Below are positions 26,003 to 40,150 of a stretch of DNA of 64,000 nucleotides, piece by piece; within the stretch, counting starts at the first letter, position 1; each line of letters opens with the position of its first letter. The translations under genes were made by a program, and so were the position numbers. This DNA is from Mobula hypostoma. Its lineage: Eukaryota. The stretch lies in NCBI RefSeq assembly GCF_963921235.1, contig NC_086108.1, positions 95,048,001 through 95,112,000 of the forward strand, read 5' to 3'. Below the pieces are notes generated by a model that saw only the letters and a list, made by a program, of their open reading frames with translations, made no database searches and was not told the DNA's origin.

Positions 26003-26827
26003 AGATAGATAGATAGATAGATAGATATACTTTATTGATCCCGAGGGAAATTGGGTTTTGTTACAGCTGCGCCAACCAAGAATAGAGCATAAATATAGCA
26101 ATACAAAAACCACAAACAATCAAACAACAATATGCAAACTATGCCAGATGGAAATAAGTCCAGGACCAGCCTATTGGCTCAGGGTGTCTGACCCTCCACG
26201 GGAGGAGTTGCAAAGTTCGATGGCCACAGGCAGGAACAACCTCCCGTGACGCCCAGTGTTGTATCTCGGTGGAATATGGCCGGAGTCCAAAAGCAAAAAG
26301 TTCAATATTCGGTCTACAAACACGTTCCTCGATCGTAATATGACAAGGATTGCACCATCCGTTGTTAACCAGAACAGCAAGCCCCCAACTCCTTTACGCT
26401 TACCGCTCTCAGTGCACTTCCGGTCAGCCCGAATGGTCTGGAAGCCCTCCATGGAAAAGTTTTGATCGAGTATGTCCTTGTGCAGCCACGCTTCAGTGAA
26501 ACACATAACACTGCTCTCCCGAAATGTTCTCTGACGCCTGGCTAGTGCCATCAACTCGTCCATTTTATTACCCACCGAACTCCTCATCTCCATGAGTCTC
26601 TGTTGTCTCGACCCAGTCCTCTTTCCTCGCCTTTGTGATCCCCCTCTGCATTCTCTGTGTGTTTTCCTCCAGATTTCAGCAGGGGCGTCCACCGCTCTGT
26701 TCGCTAAACCGGCCGGCATAAACTCAATCAGCTGGTCCCTGGAATAAACAATGTGACCATCCTGCTGCCCCGCTAATGAGACGTGTCCTAATGTAACTAT
26801 TTCCAGCGCTAAAAACCCAAATAAAAC
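26003..26827 (-). mobile_element. Internally deleted Rex1-like non-autonomous element, copy 1 (5'-truncated)
   Basis: EN fragment (VMCFTEAWL..EGFQTIRADR..SGKRKG.GG) fused to a C-terminal PRYNTGRHGRLFLPVAI; (ATCT)n tail; 7-bp TSD TGTATTT (25996-26002 and 26828-26834). Confidence 0.82.
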
Positions 26828-29139
26828 TGTATTTTATGTAACAGATGTCATTCCCACTGGAGGAATAATTTTTCCAGTATAAATTCTTAGCCGGATATTT
26901 GCAGGCTTCAGGTCAGTTTCTTTGAAATGCCATTTAAACCCATTTCGTGGAATGATTGAAACAGCCGAGCCAGTGTCCAATTCCATTTTAATCAATGTGC
27001 TGTTCATGTCTGGTGTAAGCCATGTTGCTTACCTATTGTTAGTTTTCTCAAGGTTACTCAGTCCAGCAACACTCATCATTATCAGATTTTTCATTAACAG
27101 CATGCAGACTAGTGCTCTTTTTGTAACTGTAACTTGACTTTTTATCTTTTTCTCTACCCTATGCCTTCCATTTATTATTGTCTGCCCGACATGTTCTTTA
27201 TAGGTGTCGACTTTGTTGTATTTTAAATCTGTATTGGTCTGGTGTATTTGAGTCCTTACCTCAATGATACCACAGTTTGTTCAGCTAGGTAGATTTCTGT
27301 TTGGATGTTGCAATTTTGCTCACGCTCACTTTTAATCCTGAGTGCAACCCAATTATGTCTCTGTCTGTAGGTTACATTGATACAGCTATTCCAACTGTTC
27401 TCTTAAACGTAAACTGTGCATCAGTTAGGAGCTGTTTTTGGATGCTTTCTTGTAAGATTCCACAAGCTAAACAATCTCTCAGTGCATCATTAAGCCCATC
27501 ACTGAACTGACAACGCTCAGACAATCTCTTCAATTCCACTTCGTACACTGAAATGAACTCCCCTTCCTTTTGATTCCGCCTATGAAACCTAAATCGTTCT
27601 GCAATCAATAATGATTTTGGTTCTAAATGTTCCTGCATTACTTTCATGATACCAACAAAGCTATTTTCAGCTGGATTGGTAGGAGTAGTTTAAGCTTCTA
27701 AGCAAACTGTGTGCTCTTCCACCTTGAAAACTCAGCAAAAACTGGCTCTCATTTTGCCTTGCTTCAAATTACTGCTCAATTCACTCAATATACAATATAC
27801 AGTTATCTCTTGTGCAACTGAATGCATCTGTCTTTCCAATGTAGCCAGCCATTTCTGCTTTATTATTTATGGTTATTATCACCCAGTACTCCCTGTTTAT
27901 GAACCCATGAATCTGTCGTTTTCTGCCTTTTGTTCTTGAACTTGACTGTCTTCTCCCTTCCAAAGAGGCACCTACCTCATGTGCTGTTTTTTACTTGATC
28001 ATTTTTTGTTGTGCTTTTTTTAAACATGAACATCTCACCACGCTTCAACAGGTAGGGAAGTGTCTTGGGTTCATTTAAAAAATACTTTATTGCTACTGTT
28101 ATGTTTTGTAACTCCAAAACTTACAACTGATTGAAAGCAAAAACACAGAGCTGGGAATACATGTCTCTGTTTTGCTTTTACTTTAGTGAGGCACACACAT
28201 ATGACATAGTGGTGTGATGACATATGCCATTCATGTACTTTTACATATAACCAGTAATAAATTATTTAAATGAACAGGAATGCTTAATTGATCAATATAG
28301 TTGAAATATTACTTGAGTATTACTGAAATATTAAATACACCATGTGTACCTCCTGATCATGAGAAATGATTTCCCGTGTGCAAAGCCATGCTAATAATCT
28401 CTCATCAGTTTTTGCCCAGCCAAATGCAAATGCAAATGCAAATTCTCAAATTCCCTTCCGATATCTTTCCCACCTCAGATTCCCAACTCACTGGCCTGTA
28501 GTTCCCTGGCTTATCCCTGCTGCCTTTCTCAAATAGTAGCACAAAACTAACTATCTAGGTAATGCTCCAGGTTGGTGCCTTGTAAATTTCTATTGTAACA
28601 TACCGTAAACACTCCTGATTCGGGAGCAGCAGGTCCGAGGTACAAAATAATGCTCTTTCATATCATGCCATCACGCAGTCCCGGTTCATCACATATTAAG
28701 CACATATAAAACTCCCTCTACTGTGCATGATCAAGAACTGCAAGTTAGTACTGTGCTCAGATCCAGTTGAGAGTAAATAGCTCTGTTCAGTGCTAAGTCA
28801 TTATTGGCCATACTCCTTCAGTGTATCTACTGTTTAAAACCACGAACAATTTGGCTGGGACAGATCAAAAAGGCTCCATGCTTAATCCCTATCAGTTTTG
28901 ACTTGGCCTTTTAACTGTGCTTTTGTGATCAAGGAGATGGGTGAGATGTGGTGGTAGGGCATTGGTGGTAAGTAAGTTAATATTAACCCTCAGATCATAC
29001 TCTTATCTGGTTTGGTACCCTTGAGCCTTCTAATACCAGTGAGAACCAGAGGGACTGGAATGAATGGTGGACATAACAAACAATGATATGTTTTCATCGA
29101 TGTTATCATTTTATAGTACTGATCTTGTCTTAGAATGTT

Positions 29140-29580
29140 CAACACGAGAGATTCTGCAAGTGCTGGAAATCTTGAGCAACACAAACAAAATGTTTGGAGG
29201 AAGACAGTGGATCAAGCAGCAGGTATGGAGGAGAATTAACAGTAAACTGTTGATGTTTTGAGCTAAGACCCTTTATCTGAACTGGACAGGAAGGGGACAG
29301 AAGCCAGAATAAGAAGGTGTGAAGAGGGGAAGGACCACAAGGTGGCAGGAGATAGGTGAGACCAGATGAGGGGGAAGGTGGGTGAGTTGGGGGATGAAGT
29401 GAGAAGCTGGGAGGTGATAGGTGGAAGAGGTGACAGACTGAAGAAGAAGGAATCTAAAAGGAGATCTCCCAATCTTCAGCCCTTGCAGCAGGTTTCTGAT
29501 GAAAGATTGTCTGTCTGAAACATTGACTCAGTTTCTCTCTCCAAATGCTGCTATACCTGAAAATACTGAGTATTTTCAGT
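29140..29580 (-). mobile_element. Decayed PLE-derived terminal repeat, with an inverted piece at about 29490-29580
   Basis: Similar to 63235-63436. The plus strand at about 29497-29530 reads CTGATGAAAGATTGTCTGTCTGAAACATTGACT, a hammerhead-like core. Confidence 0.6.
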
Positions 29581-32500
29581 ATTTTTGTATTTAATTTACA
29601 TTTCAATCACATCCAGTTTTTAGTTACGATTTAACATGTTAGGTGTTTTCTAATTTTAATTATAATTTGTATTTTATTATTTTAACTACAAATATACAAA
29701 TTGGGAACAGGAGCAGGTTACTCCATCCCTCAAGTCTGCTCTACCATTTAATAAAACTGTGGCTGATGTGATTATAACCTTAACTTGCATTATCTGCTCA
29801 CTGTTACCTTTCATCCTCGTGTTTATCCATCACCTCTGCATAAAAATATTCAATGATTCTGTTTCAACAGACTTTGACGTCACAACTTTCAGAGAAGCAA
29901 AATGGTCTCATCTGTTTTATTTTTAAGCAGTGACCCCTAGTTCCAGGTTCTCCTACAAGAGGAAATATCTTCATCTTAACTCTTGTCCAGATCCCTCAGG
30001 ACCTTATATTGGAAAGGAGGAACGGAGCCTTAGGTTTCATATCACTGTGTTCAGGAACAGTTATTACCCTTCAATCATCAGGCTCCGGTACTAGAGTGAA
30101 TAATGTCACTCACCTAAAATATGAGCTACATATGAGCCACATCTCTACACCTCTGAGGATTCTACAAATCACAACCTCATTATCTGATTTATTTATTTAT
30201 ATATTACACAGTTTGTCTTCTTTAGCACATTGGTTAGTTGTCAGTCTTTGTACATAGTTTTTCATTCATTCTATTGTATTTTTCAGTTCTGCTGTAAATG
30301 CCTGCAAGAAAATGAAATCCGAGGGTAATATATGGTGACATATAAGTACTTTGATAATAAATTTACTTTGAACATATTCTTCAATACTCAAGACTTGCCT
30401 CACACATCCCACCTTTCCTCATACTCAATCCATCTATTCCAAGTAAACTTCCTCTGAAATGTTCCTAGAACCTTTAACATTGTTCCTTAAATAAGAAGAC
30501 AAATACTTCTTTGGCCCAAGTGTGAACATGACCAATGTCTTGGCCTGTCTTGGTCCAATCATATGCCATGGATGTAAAAACTCGTTGTCTACTTCCTCAG
30601 GAGGCTACATAAATTTGGAATGTTCTCCTTGACAATCACCAATTTTATTGACACACCACAAAAAATATCCTATCTAGGTGTATCATGGCTTGTTAAGGCA
30701 AATGCTTTGCAAGTGACAGCATGAAATTATAGAGACCGCTGGACACAGTTGAGCACAATGTGAAAGCCAACCTCTCCTTCACAAACTCTGTCAATATTTC
30801 TCTCTGCCTCGGTTAGGCAGCCAGCATAATCAATGACTCTATCCACCCTGAGCATTACCCCTGCCCCCTCCCGTCAGGTAGAAGATTGGAAATAGAATTA
30901 ACTTATCGTTCTCACATGTACCACAAAAGCATGTGCCACCAGGCTCAAAGTCAGCTTCTATCCCTCCATTATAAGACAGAGGTCTTCTTGTATATTAAGA
31001 TGACCCTTGACCTCACATGCTACCTCGTCATGTCCTTGCACCTATTGTCTGTCTGAACTGCACTTTGTAACTATAACACTTTATTGTGCATTCTGTTTTT
31101 CCCCCAACACACTGTTGTAATGAAATGATCTGCATGGATGGCATGCAAAGCTAAACTTTTCAGTACACCTTCATAGATGTAACAATAATAAACCAACTTC
31201 CCAATCAAATATTTTACATAATGCTCACGTGCTTCACATACCTGAAGAAGCATTCGAGCACACATAGAGTCATCGAAAAACACAGCACAGAAACAGGCCA
31301 TTTGGCCCATCTAGTCCATGCTGAAACAATTTACTCTTTTTACTATTAAAGAAAGCTTCAGATATCGGTAATTAGAAATAAAAACAGATAATGCTGGAAG
31401 ACTTCCTAATTTTAGATTCAGTTCCCTTAGCAAAAAATTACAACACTTGTTGACTTTCCTAATTACTCACCGTGCCTGCATTTAGTCTCCTGTGCGTCTC
31501 CATCTGCATCTTAAAGCTCTGCAAGCTCCCACAGTTTAGGTAATATGTTTTCATTTTTTTTCTCCTGCCAAAATGTACAATTTCACTTTTTCCAACATTA
31601 TACTCTATTTGTCAGATTTTTCCCACTCACTTCAAAATCAGATTTATTATCACTCTTATAGAACGTGAACTTTGTGGCAGTAGTGCAGTGCAAAGACATA
31701 AAGTTACAATAAATCACAAACTAAACAATGCAACAAAAATAAAAAAAAGTGATGTTCATGGGTTCAAGGACTGCTTGGAAAGCTGAAGGTAGAGAGAAAG
31801 AAGCTGAACATTTCTGCATTCTTTGACAGCTAACTCAGAATCAGAATCAGGTTTATTGTCACTGACATAGGTTGTGAACTTCGTTGTTTTGCAGCAGCAG
31901 CGCAGTGCAAGACATTCAAAAATTACAACAAGCAATCAAAAAATAAGTAGTGCAAAAAGAGAGCAAGTTAGTGACGTCATGTTCCTGAGTTCATGGACTG
32001 CTCAGAAATCTGATAGCCGAGGGGAAGAACCTGTTCCTAAAATACTGAGCGTGTATCTTCCAGTTCCTGTATCTCCTCCGTGGTGGTAGTAATGAGAAGA
32101 GGTCATGTCCTGGGTGGTGAGGGATTTTAATGATGGATGCCACCTTCTTGAGGTACTACCTTTTGAAGATCTCCTCAGTGGTGAGGAGGCTAGTTCCCTA
32201 GTGCTCAGCCGGCTGTGTCTACAAGCCTCTGCAGATTTTTCCGATCCTGTACGTTGGTGCCTCCTCAGATGGTGATGTTCTCTTCACCACTTTTCTACCT
32301 ACCTGTGCGTTATCAGCAACTGTGCAATCTACGACCTCATTTATACGAACAGTAAAAAGGTGAGTGCTCATCACCAATCTCTATGTTACATCACCTTTTA
32401 AATCATACCAACAAGAGGAAGGTCCATTTATGTCCACATCTTAGCTTTTGTTAGCTAACAAATCTTCTATCCACATCTACAGTACAAATTACTTCCTATA

Positions 32501-33224
32501 CCATTTGATGCAGTACTTTTTCAAATGCCTTCTGAAACCTTAATTAAAGTCCATGCATCATTTATCCTTTATCCACAGCACAAATATATTTCAAGGAACT
32601 CTAATCAGGTGGTCAGTGATTATTACCATGTCACTAAATCACATTGACTTTGACTGAATACGTTTATTTTTTTCAAAGTTCTTTGATATAATGTTTTTAA
32701 TAACTGCTTCAAACATTTTTACAATGACTGATGTTAAGTTAATTCACCAGCAGTTTCCAATTTCTATCTCACTTTCATTTTGAATAAAACAATAACATTT
32801 TTCATTTTCTAATCTAATGGAACCCTTCCTTGAATGTGGGGAGTTTTGGAAAACTCAAACAAACACAACAAACATCCCCTAGCTGCTCCATTGAAGAACC
32901 CAGGGTGAAATCCCATCAGCAGAAGGTCCAGAAATTTGCTCAGTTTCTTCCACCTTGGCGACTATCATTTTCCCGATTTTTTCCACCCTTCTAGTTCCTG
33001 ATATGTGCAGCTATTTCTGGGATGTGAGTATAGAGACCCCTGACGCCATATTTGTGGTGATATGACATGTCAGAACGTGATTGGAAGAGTTCTGATAGAA
33101 TGATTGAGAACATGGTACTGTAAAAACGTGGTTTGGTTGTTGCTGTAAATAAAAGTTCTATTTCTTCCAGAACATGATTCTTTATTAGTAACCCACGGTA
33201 TGTATAAATATAAAGAACACAACA

Positions 33225-33236
33225 TGGTGTCAGAAG
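33225..33236 (+). promoter_or_regulatory. Primer binding site of Gypsy B (tRNA-Leu type)
   Basis: TGGTGTCAGAAG directly after the 5' LTR; complementary to the 3' end CUUCUGACACCA of vertebrate tRNA-Leu(CAG/CAA). Confidence 0.8.
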
Positions 33237-33656
33237 ACGGCCTGGAAGAATAATACGTTTCCTAACATGGGAGAATCGAAGATAATTTTCTGAAAAAAGA
33301 GTTTGAACTGTTTTGGTGTTCACTGACAGTTTTACAAATGGAAGGTTTGCAGCCTCCACCAACACTTCAATTATCTGGGAACGTAGCTGAGAACTGGAGA
33401 AAATTTAAATAGCGTTTTGAATTGTTTTTATCGGTGATCGAAGCAGGTGGAAAATCCGAAAAAATGAAAGCTGTGCTTTTACTACACGTAATAGGTGACG
33501 ATGCAAATGGGGTATATAATCACTTTATTTTTTTGAAAATGGAGATAATTTAAAGTTAAAATCAATAATGGACAAAATTTGAAGCATTTTGTATACCGAT
33601 ACATAATGTGACGTACGAGAGGCACAAATTTTTTACATGTGCGCAGAGAGCTGGTG

Positions 33657-33872
33657 GTGTAGTGGCATCAGCGCCAGACTTTGCAGCAAAGGCTCCCAAG
33701 TTCGAATCCAGCCGGCTCCCTTGCAAGCTTTCCATCCGTGCTGGGTTGAGTGTCGAGCTAGCAACTTGGCCTTGTAAAAATAAGAAAGCCTGCTAAAAAA
33801 CAACACCGTCATGACGGCGTCCCAATGACTCCATTCGGAGTTAAGGGCTTTTTTCTTCTTCTTCTTCTTTCT
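33657..33872 (+). mobile_element. tRNA-derived SINE with (CTT)n tail, inserted in Gypsy B gag
   Basis: 12-bp TSD AGAGAGCTGGTG (33645-33656 and 33873-33884); A-box-like TGGTGTAGTGG; B box GTTCGAATCC at about 33700. Confidence 0.88.
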
Positions 33873-35530
33873 AGAGAGCTGGTGAAACAATTGATCAATA
33901 TGTTACTGAGTTGAGACACCAGAGTAAAACATGTGAGTTTGGAGAACTGACAGACTCTCTCATTAAAGACAGAATTGTTTGTGGCATTTGGGATAATGGT
34001 CTGCGAGAAAGACTGCTTAGAGAACAAGACTTAGACTTGGAAAAAACTTTGATGGTCTGCAAAGCTTTGGAAACTGTGACGTCACAGGCTAAAGACCTTT
34101 TCATTGAGAGCTGCAACATATTGAGAGCCGTAAAAAAGTGCGAACATATTAGAAAAAATGATAAAACAACAACAAAACTGACAGAGAGCAAGATGTCATC
34201 TGAGGGAAAAAAGCTATGTGATCATTGTGGGCGGCAGCATTGGCCAAAACAATGTCCAGCATATGGGAAAATGTGCAATGACTGCAGTAAGAGTAATCAT
34301 TTTTCACGCTGTTGCAAAAGTAGGAAGAAAATAAAACAAGTAAATGCAGTGCTTGAAAATGAACTTGAGGAGTTTTATTTACATGTGGTTTGTGAAAACA
34401 AGCAAAGTAAGAATGACTGGACTATTTCATTGCAAGTGAACCAAAACAATATTCTGTTAAACTTGATACTGGAGCACAAGTAAATGTTCTTGCAGAATCT
34501 GAGTTTAATGCATTAAAGCCAAGATCAAAGTTACATAAGACAAATATAAAAGTGACTGGGTATTCAGGTGCAGACATTCCAGTTAAAGGAAAATGTGTGG
34601 CAAAAGTATCACACAAAAACATAGTGCACACCCTTTCATTTGTTGCAGTGCCAAAGAATGTACAGTCAATACTGGGTTTATCTGCCTGTGAGAGACTGAA
34701 TTTGGTGAAAAGATTCTTAGTCCTGGACAGTGACACAGAGTCAGAATACAGTGACTTGATGAAAGAGTATGAAGACTTGTTCAAAGGGCTTGGTTGTCTT
34801 CCAGGAGAGCACTCGATTAAAATTGACAACACAGTGCAACCCGTAATACATCCATGTAGAAAAATACCTTTTGCATTACATCATCAACTGAAAACAGAGC
34901 TTGACAGAACGGAAAGGCTAGGAGTCATAAAAAAAATGATGAATCCACTGAATGGGTCAATTCACTTGTCATTGTTAATAAGAAAAATGGAAACTGAGGA
35001 TTTGCTTAGATCCAAGAGACTTGAATTGAGCATTAAAAGAGAGCATTTCAAATTGCCTACTTGTGAAGAAATTATGTCACAGTTTGCTAATGCAAAGTAC
35101 TTTAGTAAATTACATGCATCCTCTGGATTCTGGCAACTTAAACTCGATGAACCGAGTTCAAAGTTGTGTACCTTTAACACTCCTTTTGCCAGATATTGTT
35201 TTCTACAGCTTCCGTTTGGAATTGTGTCAGCTCCTGAAGTGTACCATAAAACCATTCACATGCTCTATGAGCACATTGAGGGTGTGGATACATCCATAGA
35301 TGATATTATTGTTTGGGGATCATCTAAACAAGAGCATGACGCCAGACTCAGACAAGTCTTTGAGGCAAAACGCAAGGCAAATCTGAAGTTGAATAAAGGC
35401 AAATGTCAGCTAGGAGTGACTGAATTCACATTTGTGGGTGATATCATCATCGATGAGGGTATGCGTCCTGATCCATTGAAGGTTTCTGCTATTGAGAACA
35501 TGCCAAGACCGCAATGTAAAAAGGGTGTTC

Positions 35531-36241
35531 TCTTTCAATATTTTTATTGATATCTTACATAAAAGAATACAGAATACAGTAAGATATATAATATATATCG
35601 ATTACAATATATCGGAATCACAAATATAATTTCATAACCCCGTATCCCTATACATTAAATTTAAACATAATTTTGAAAAGATATTCTTTTGCTATACAAA
35701 ACAAATTCTAAACCCACTACCAGAAAAAAAAAACAGCTGTTTGGATAAAAAAAAGGAAAAAATCCTTATCATATGATAAAACATATCGTTGGCCGACATC
35801 TATGCTTAGTAGCAAATCAAAGATTTTGAAAACAATTCAAAAAAGGTCCCCACGATGTTAGTAAAATTTTGTCTAGGTTCAGAAATTGAACAACGAATCT
35901 TCTCTAAATTTAAGCATGACATAACATCATTTGACCAATGAGTATGAGTAGGTGGAGAGGCATCCTTCCACTTAAGCAACAATGCCCTCCTGGCTATAAG
36001 ATACATAAAGGCCAAAATATGCAAATCATGTGACTCCAAAATAATATTATTTCCTCCAACAATACCAAATAAAGCAGTCAAAGGATTAGGTTTACTTTAA
36101 AAAGCACCGAAATAGTTTGGAACACTTCCTTCCAATATTTTTCAAGACTCAGACAAGTCCAAAACATTTGAATTAGTGAAGCTTCTCCATTGTTACATCT
36201 ATCGCAACAGGGAGATATATATCCGAATAAAAATGAGAGAG
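35531..36241 (-). mobile_element. L1-clade 3' fragment inserted in Gypsy B RT
   Basis: ORF2 C-terminal Cys-rich region (CDRCNNGEASLIQMFWTC) and ARRALLLKWK, 3' UTR with AATAAA; TSD AAAGG(G/A)TGTTC (35520-35530 and 36242-36252). Confidence 0.88.
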
Positions 36242-36528
36242 AAAGGATGTTCAAAGGTTTATGGGAATGGTCAACTACATGGGAAAATTCATACCCACTC
36301 TTTCGGAACAGCTTGCTCCGTTAAGGCAGCTAACAGAAAAGAAAAATGAATGGAGCTGGAATCATGAACAGGAAAAGGCATGGCAAAATCTCAAGAAAGT
36401 GCTCACTAAAGAACCTATGTTGAAATTCTATGATGCTGAGAGACCCATCAAAATCTCATGTGATGCATCTCAAGTAGGCTTAGGGGCAGTATTACTCCAG
36501 AAACATGATAAGGAATGGCTACCAGTGG

Positions 36529-39500
36529 AAAAACAGTTACATCTCCATCTTCAGCTCCTTCTTGCAGCCCAACAATTCGTATATTCTTTCAGCGAAGTTT
36601 CCAGGTCTATAATCTTATTTTGATATCTTTCCAAACGAGTTGTAGCTTCAGACAACTTTTGCTTAGTTATCTTCAATTCCTCTTCATGTGTAATAACTTG
36701 AGTTTCCAGGTCTTTAAGTTTTCCCAGAAATGACTTCATTTCATTACTATTCTTTTCCGAACTGCTTACTTTGGTAAGCTTTGCCACACTTTATTTCCTA
36801 CCATTTTATTAAAGCCGCCTGCTGTAGAAATGGCGCACAGGGCGTTTACTTCGAAATTGAAGGATTCTAGAAAACCAAGATCTGTTCTGGTTTGCTTTCA
36901 TCACTTTAAAATTAAGGATCAAATAATGCGACAGGCAAGAAAGCAGAGAGTTTTTAGATTTATGGAGTCTCAGCTCCGTTTTTACGAAGATTACCCGAGA
37001 GAGGTAATGGAACAAAGATCAAAATTTGCCCTGGCAATGAAACAGGCATATGATAAAAGACCGTTTCCTTCTCTGAGGTATCCAACAAGAATTAAAGTTT
37101 TTCCTGCTAATTCTCCTCCTCGTACTTTTTTTGATCCAAAAGCTGCACTGGACTTTGTTAAGGCTATACTCGTCGCTGTTACTGACGCCGCTTCTGAATG
37201 AACTATCTGAAAGGTTGTTTGGCTATCTGTATATTATTCGCATTTTGGAAAGAAGATTTATGAAGGTCATTTGTATATTTCATTGAGAGACTAATTAAAG
37301 AAGACAAGGAGAGTTGTTCATTATTGCTGGTTTTCCTTTGGAAAGAAGATTTATGACTCAAGTATGACTGTCTAAGTGATCATCTGAACATTTGACCGAG
37401 AAAAGAAGATAAGGGGATTTGTTCCTTTAACTTAATACTTGGTTTGAGTTTTTTTTGTTTCTTTTCTTAATCAGATAATTGGTAGTTTTTTCCTACTAAT
37501 AGGGCTTTATATATACATATATATATATAAAAATATATATATATATGGGAGGGTTTAATTACTTATGATATTAATTAGTATTTTTGAAAATTCAGCTGGG
37601 TCAAATATACTATTAATTTTTTCTGTTTTATTATAACATTTTATAATTGAATTTAAAGTTTCTTTAGGGAGTTAATGTTAAACTTAAAGATGGCGCTGGT
37701 TTTTCGCTCTAACAGATAATATTATTTTGGTTCTTTCTTGTTTATTAAATGATGGAATGTAAATGCTTTTCTTTGCTGAGACTTTATTGTCTTTTTTACA
37801 AGGTCACTTTACTCTTTTTACTAACTGGGAGGAGGGAAAGAAAATACAAACGGAGCGGTCAGTGGCTTTGAACTCTATTATAGATTGCTTGCCTTTTTCT
37901 TGGGTTTTCGGGAAGCGGGTGGGATTAGAGTTAGGGGCTTTTTCCCATTGGATGGTTCTGGAGCATGCGTATTTTCTATCTGGTTGTATTCTTCATTGCC
38001 GCCATTTTTGATCATCCCGTATTGGTATGTGCTCTGCGCATGTATAAAGTAGAATAAAATTATAGTATGGTATTTAAATGGGTTAATATAATAAGTTGGA
38101 ATGTACGTGGTTGGAATCATCCTATTAAACGAAAAAAGACTTTTAAAATTACTAACCGATTCCAACCTGACATAATTTTTGCTCAAGAGACACATATCAG
38201 GGCGGGAGATCATAATAGATTTTTTGGATGGTGCAATGGTTTGCAATTCCAGTCTACTACTCAGAGTAAAACAAAAGGCGTGTCTATTTTTATTAAATCT
38301 AATATATTTATTCAAGAGGATATTGAATCAGATTCTAATGGTAGATTTTTAATTGTTAAAGGAACAATCTGTAACAGAAAAGTTGTTTTGGTTAATTTGT
38401 ATGGTCCTAACTTAGATGATCCTTCTTTTTTTAAAAAGCTATTTGCTTTACTGCCTGATTTAAATGAATATATGCTGTTAATGGGTAGGGATCTTAACTG
38501 CAGCTTAAATCCTATGATTGATAAGAGCTCAACCAGTCAGTGACTTCCAAATCATTCTGTGTCATTTATTAATTCCTTTTTGATTGATTTTGGGTTGATT
38601 GATTTGTGGAGGAATCTCCATCCCGATAACAGAGAATATTCTTTCTTCTCACATGTTTTTAAAAAATATTTGAGGATCGATTACATTATAATCAATCCCC
38701 GCTTCTTGCCTAGTGTTAAAATTGTGAATATGATGCTATTGCTATATCTGATCATTCGCCTTTGAGTTTATCTTTTGAATTTGATGATGTCAATTCTTGC
38801 TCACCCACCGTGACACATGTCTCAGGCATTATTGCAAAACTCTGACTTCATCAGTTTCATTGAAACCCAGATAAAAGAATTTGTTCTTTTTAATGATATA
38901 GGGGGTATGTCTAAGTTAATTATATGGGATACATTTAAAGCATTTTTACGTGGTCAGATTATTTCTTATTCAACCAAACTTAAAAAACAGACTAAAGCAG
39001 AATTAGATAGAATTTCAAAACAAATTAAAGATTTAGATAATATTTATGCAATTTCCCCCAATATTGATTTATTTAAACAAAGGGTGGAACTTCAATCACA
39101 ATATAACCTGTTATTAACTCATCCCATTGAAGGCTATTTGCTTAAGTTAAAGAGCCAGTTTTATATGTTTGGAAATAAAAATAATAAACTGCTCACATCT
39201 CAATTAAAAATGGCTGCAGCCAAAAGGCAAATCATGAAAATTCATAGGAAAGATGGTACCTTGGCTCAGGAATATGAAGAAATTAATAAGATTTTTATGC
39301 TGAACTTTATAAATCTCAATGTCCGTTAGATTCCTCTGAAATAAATGCTTTTTTACGAAAGATTGTTTTTCCTAAAATCTCGGCTGAGGATCAAAAAACT
39401 CTTGATGCTCAAATCACTGAAGCTGAAATTCGTAAAGCTATTTTTTCAATGCAAACTGGTAAGTCCCTGGGACTTGATGGCTATCCTGTAGAATTTTATA

Positions 39501-40150
39501 AAAAATTTGGAAAGTTGCTTTCTCCGTATCTGTTGGAAATGTTTAAGGATTCTTTTGTGAAAGGTGACTTACCCTCTACTTTTTATGAGGCTTCTATTTC
39601 TTTAATTCTTAAAAAAGATAAAGATCTCATTGATTGTGCTTCATATAGACCTATTTCGTTACTGAATGTCGACGCTAAGATTCTGTCAAAGATAATGGCC
39701 AATTGTTTGGAGAATATTTTGGGTAAAATTATTTTTAAAGATCAAACAGGCTTTATAAAGGGTCGCTATTCTTTTCCAAATGTTTGGAGACTATTTAACA
39801 TTATATTTGATTTTGAGAAATGATGGGGCTCATTTGCTCGTTATTATCATTTGAGCTAATTGATAGATTTTTTTCCACGATCTAATTGTAAATTTTTTGG
39901 TATATTTTCTTTTCTTGCTGGTGGTTCAATGTTTATTTTTAGAAGCTTTTTGTATGACGCATGGCTCCAGGGTTGTACACTTAATGGGTTTTTTTCCTCA
40001 CTTTTTCTGCTTGGTAGGTTTTTTTTGTTATCGCAAATTTTTTTCAATCTTTAGGATAATGTTTTTTTTGAGACATTGTAAGTGTTGTTATTTCAATGTA
40101 CTCGTGTTATTTCTTTTGTATAATATAACAATAAAAAAGATTTGAAAAGA
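36529..40150 (+). mobile_element. L1-clade LINE #3 with 5' inversion and RT deletion, inserted in Gypsy B RNaseH
   Basis: Perfect 19-bp TSD AAGGAATGGCTACCAGTGG (36510-36528 and 40151-40169). Inverted ORF1 piece 36529 to about 36787; ORF1 C-terminus 36830-37201; EN from 38067 (ISWNVRG, AQETH, NLYGPN); RT start to about 39808; 3' UTR with AATAAA and an A-rich end. Confidence 0.92.

Larger units (their letters stand above)
21348..28342 (-). mobile_element. Gypsy/Ty3 LTR retrotransposon A (old, integrase largely deleted, several nested insertions)
   Basis: Similar LTRs at about 21348-21700 (with a CR1 tail inserted at about 21420-21545) and 28097-28342. gag IAERFRFHRRNQKEGE..LRD.LACG (27372-27647). 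Protease IKMELDTGSAVSII (about 26950-26992). RT SPVVPVAKKN, PLPRVEDIFANL, FSKVDL, CLDDII (25209-25664). RNaseH/linker MQRWALFL..HGNADGLS (23167-23367). Confidence 0.88.

Noticed and set aside
32991..33365. Near-identical peptides in ORFs 32991-33365 and 42913-43302 suggesting a duplicated gene
   Set aside because: They are antisense translations of the two Gypsy B LTRs.
34552..35550. Longest ORF (332 aa) as a possible domesticated or active pol
   Set aside because: Compensating frameshift, degenerate motifs (SIDD, KLHASSG) and termination inside an L1 insertion mark it as a dead Gypsy fragment.
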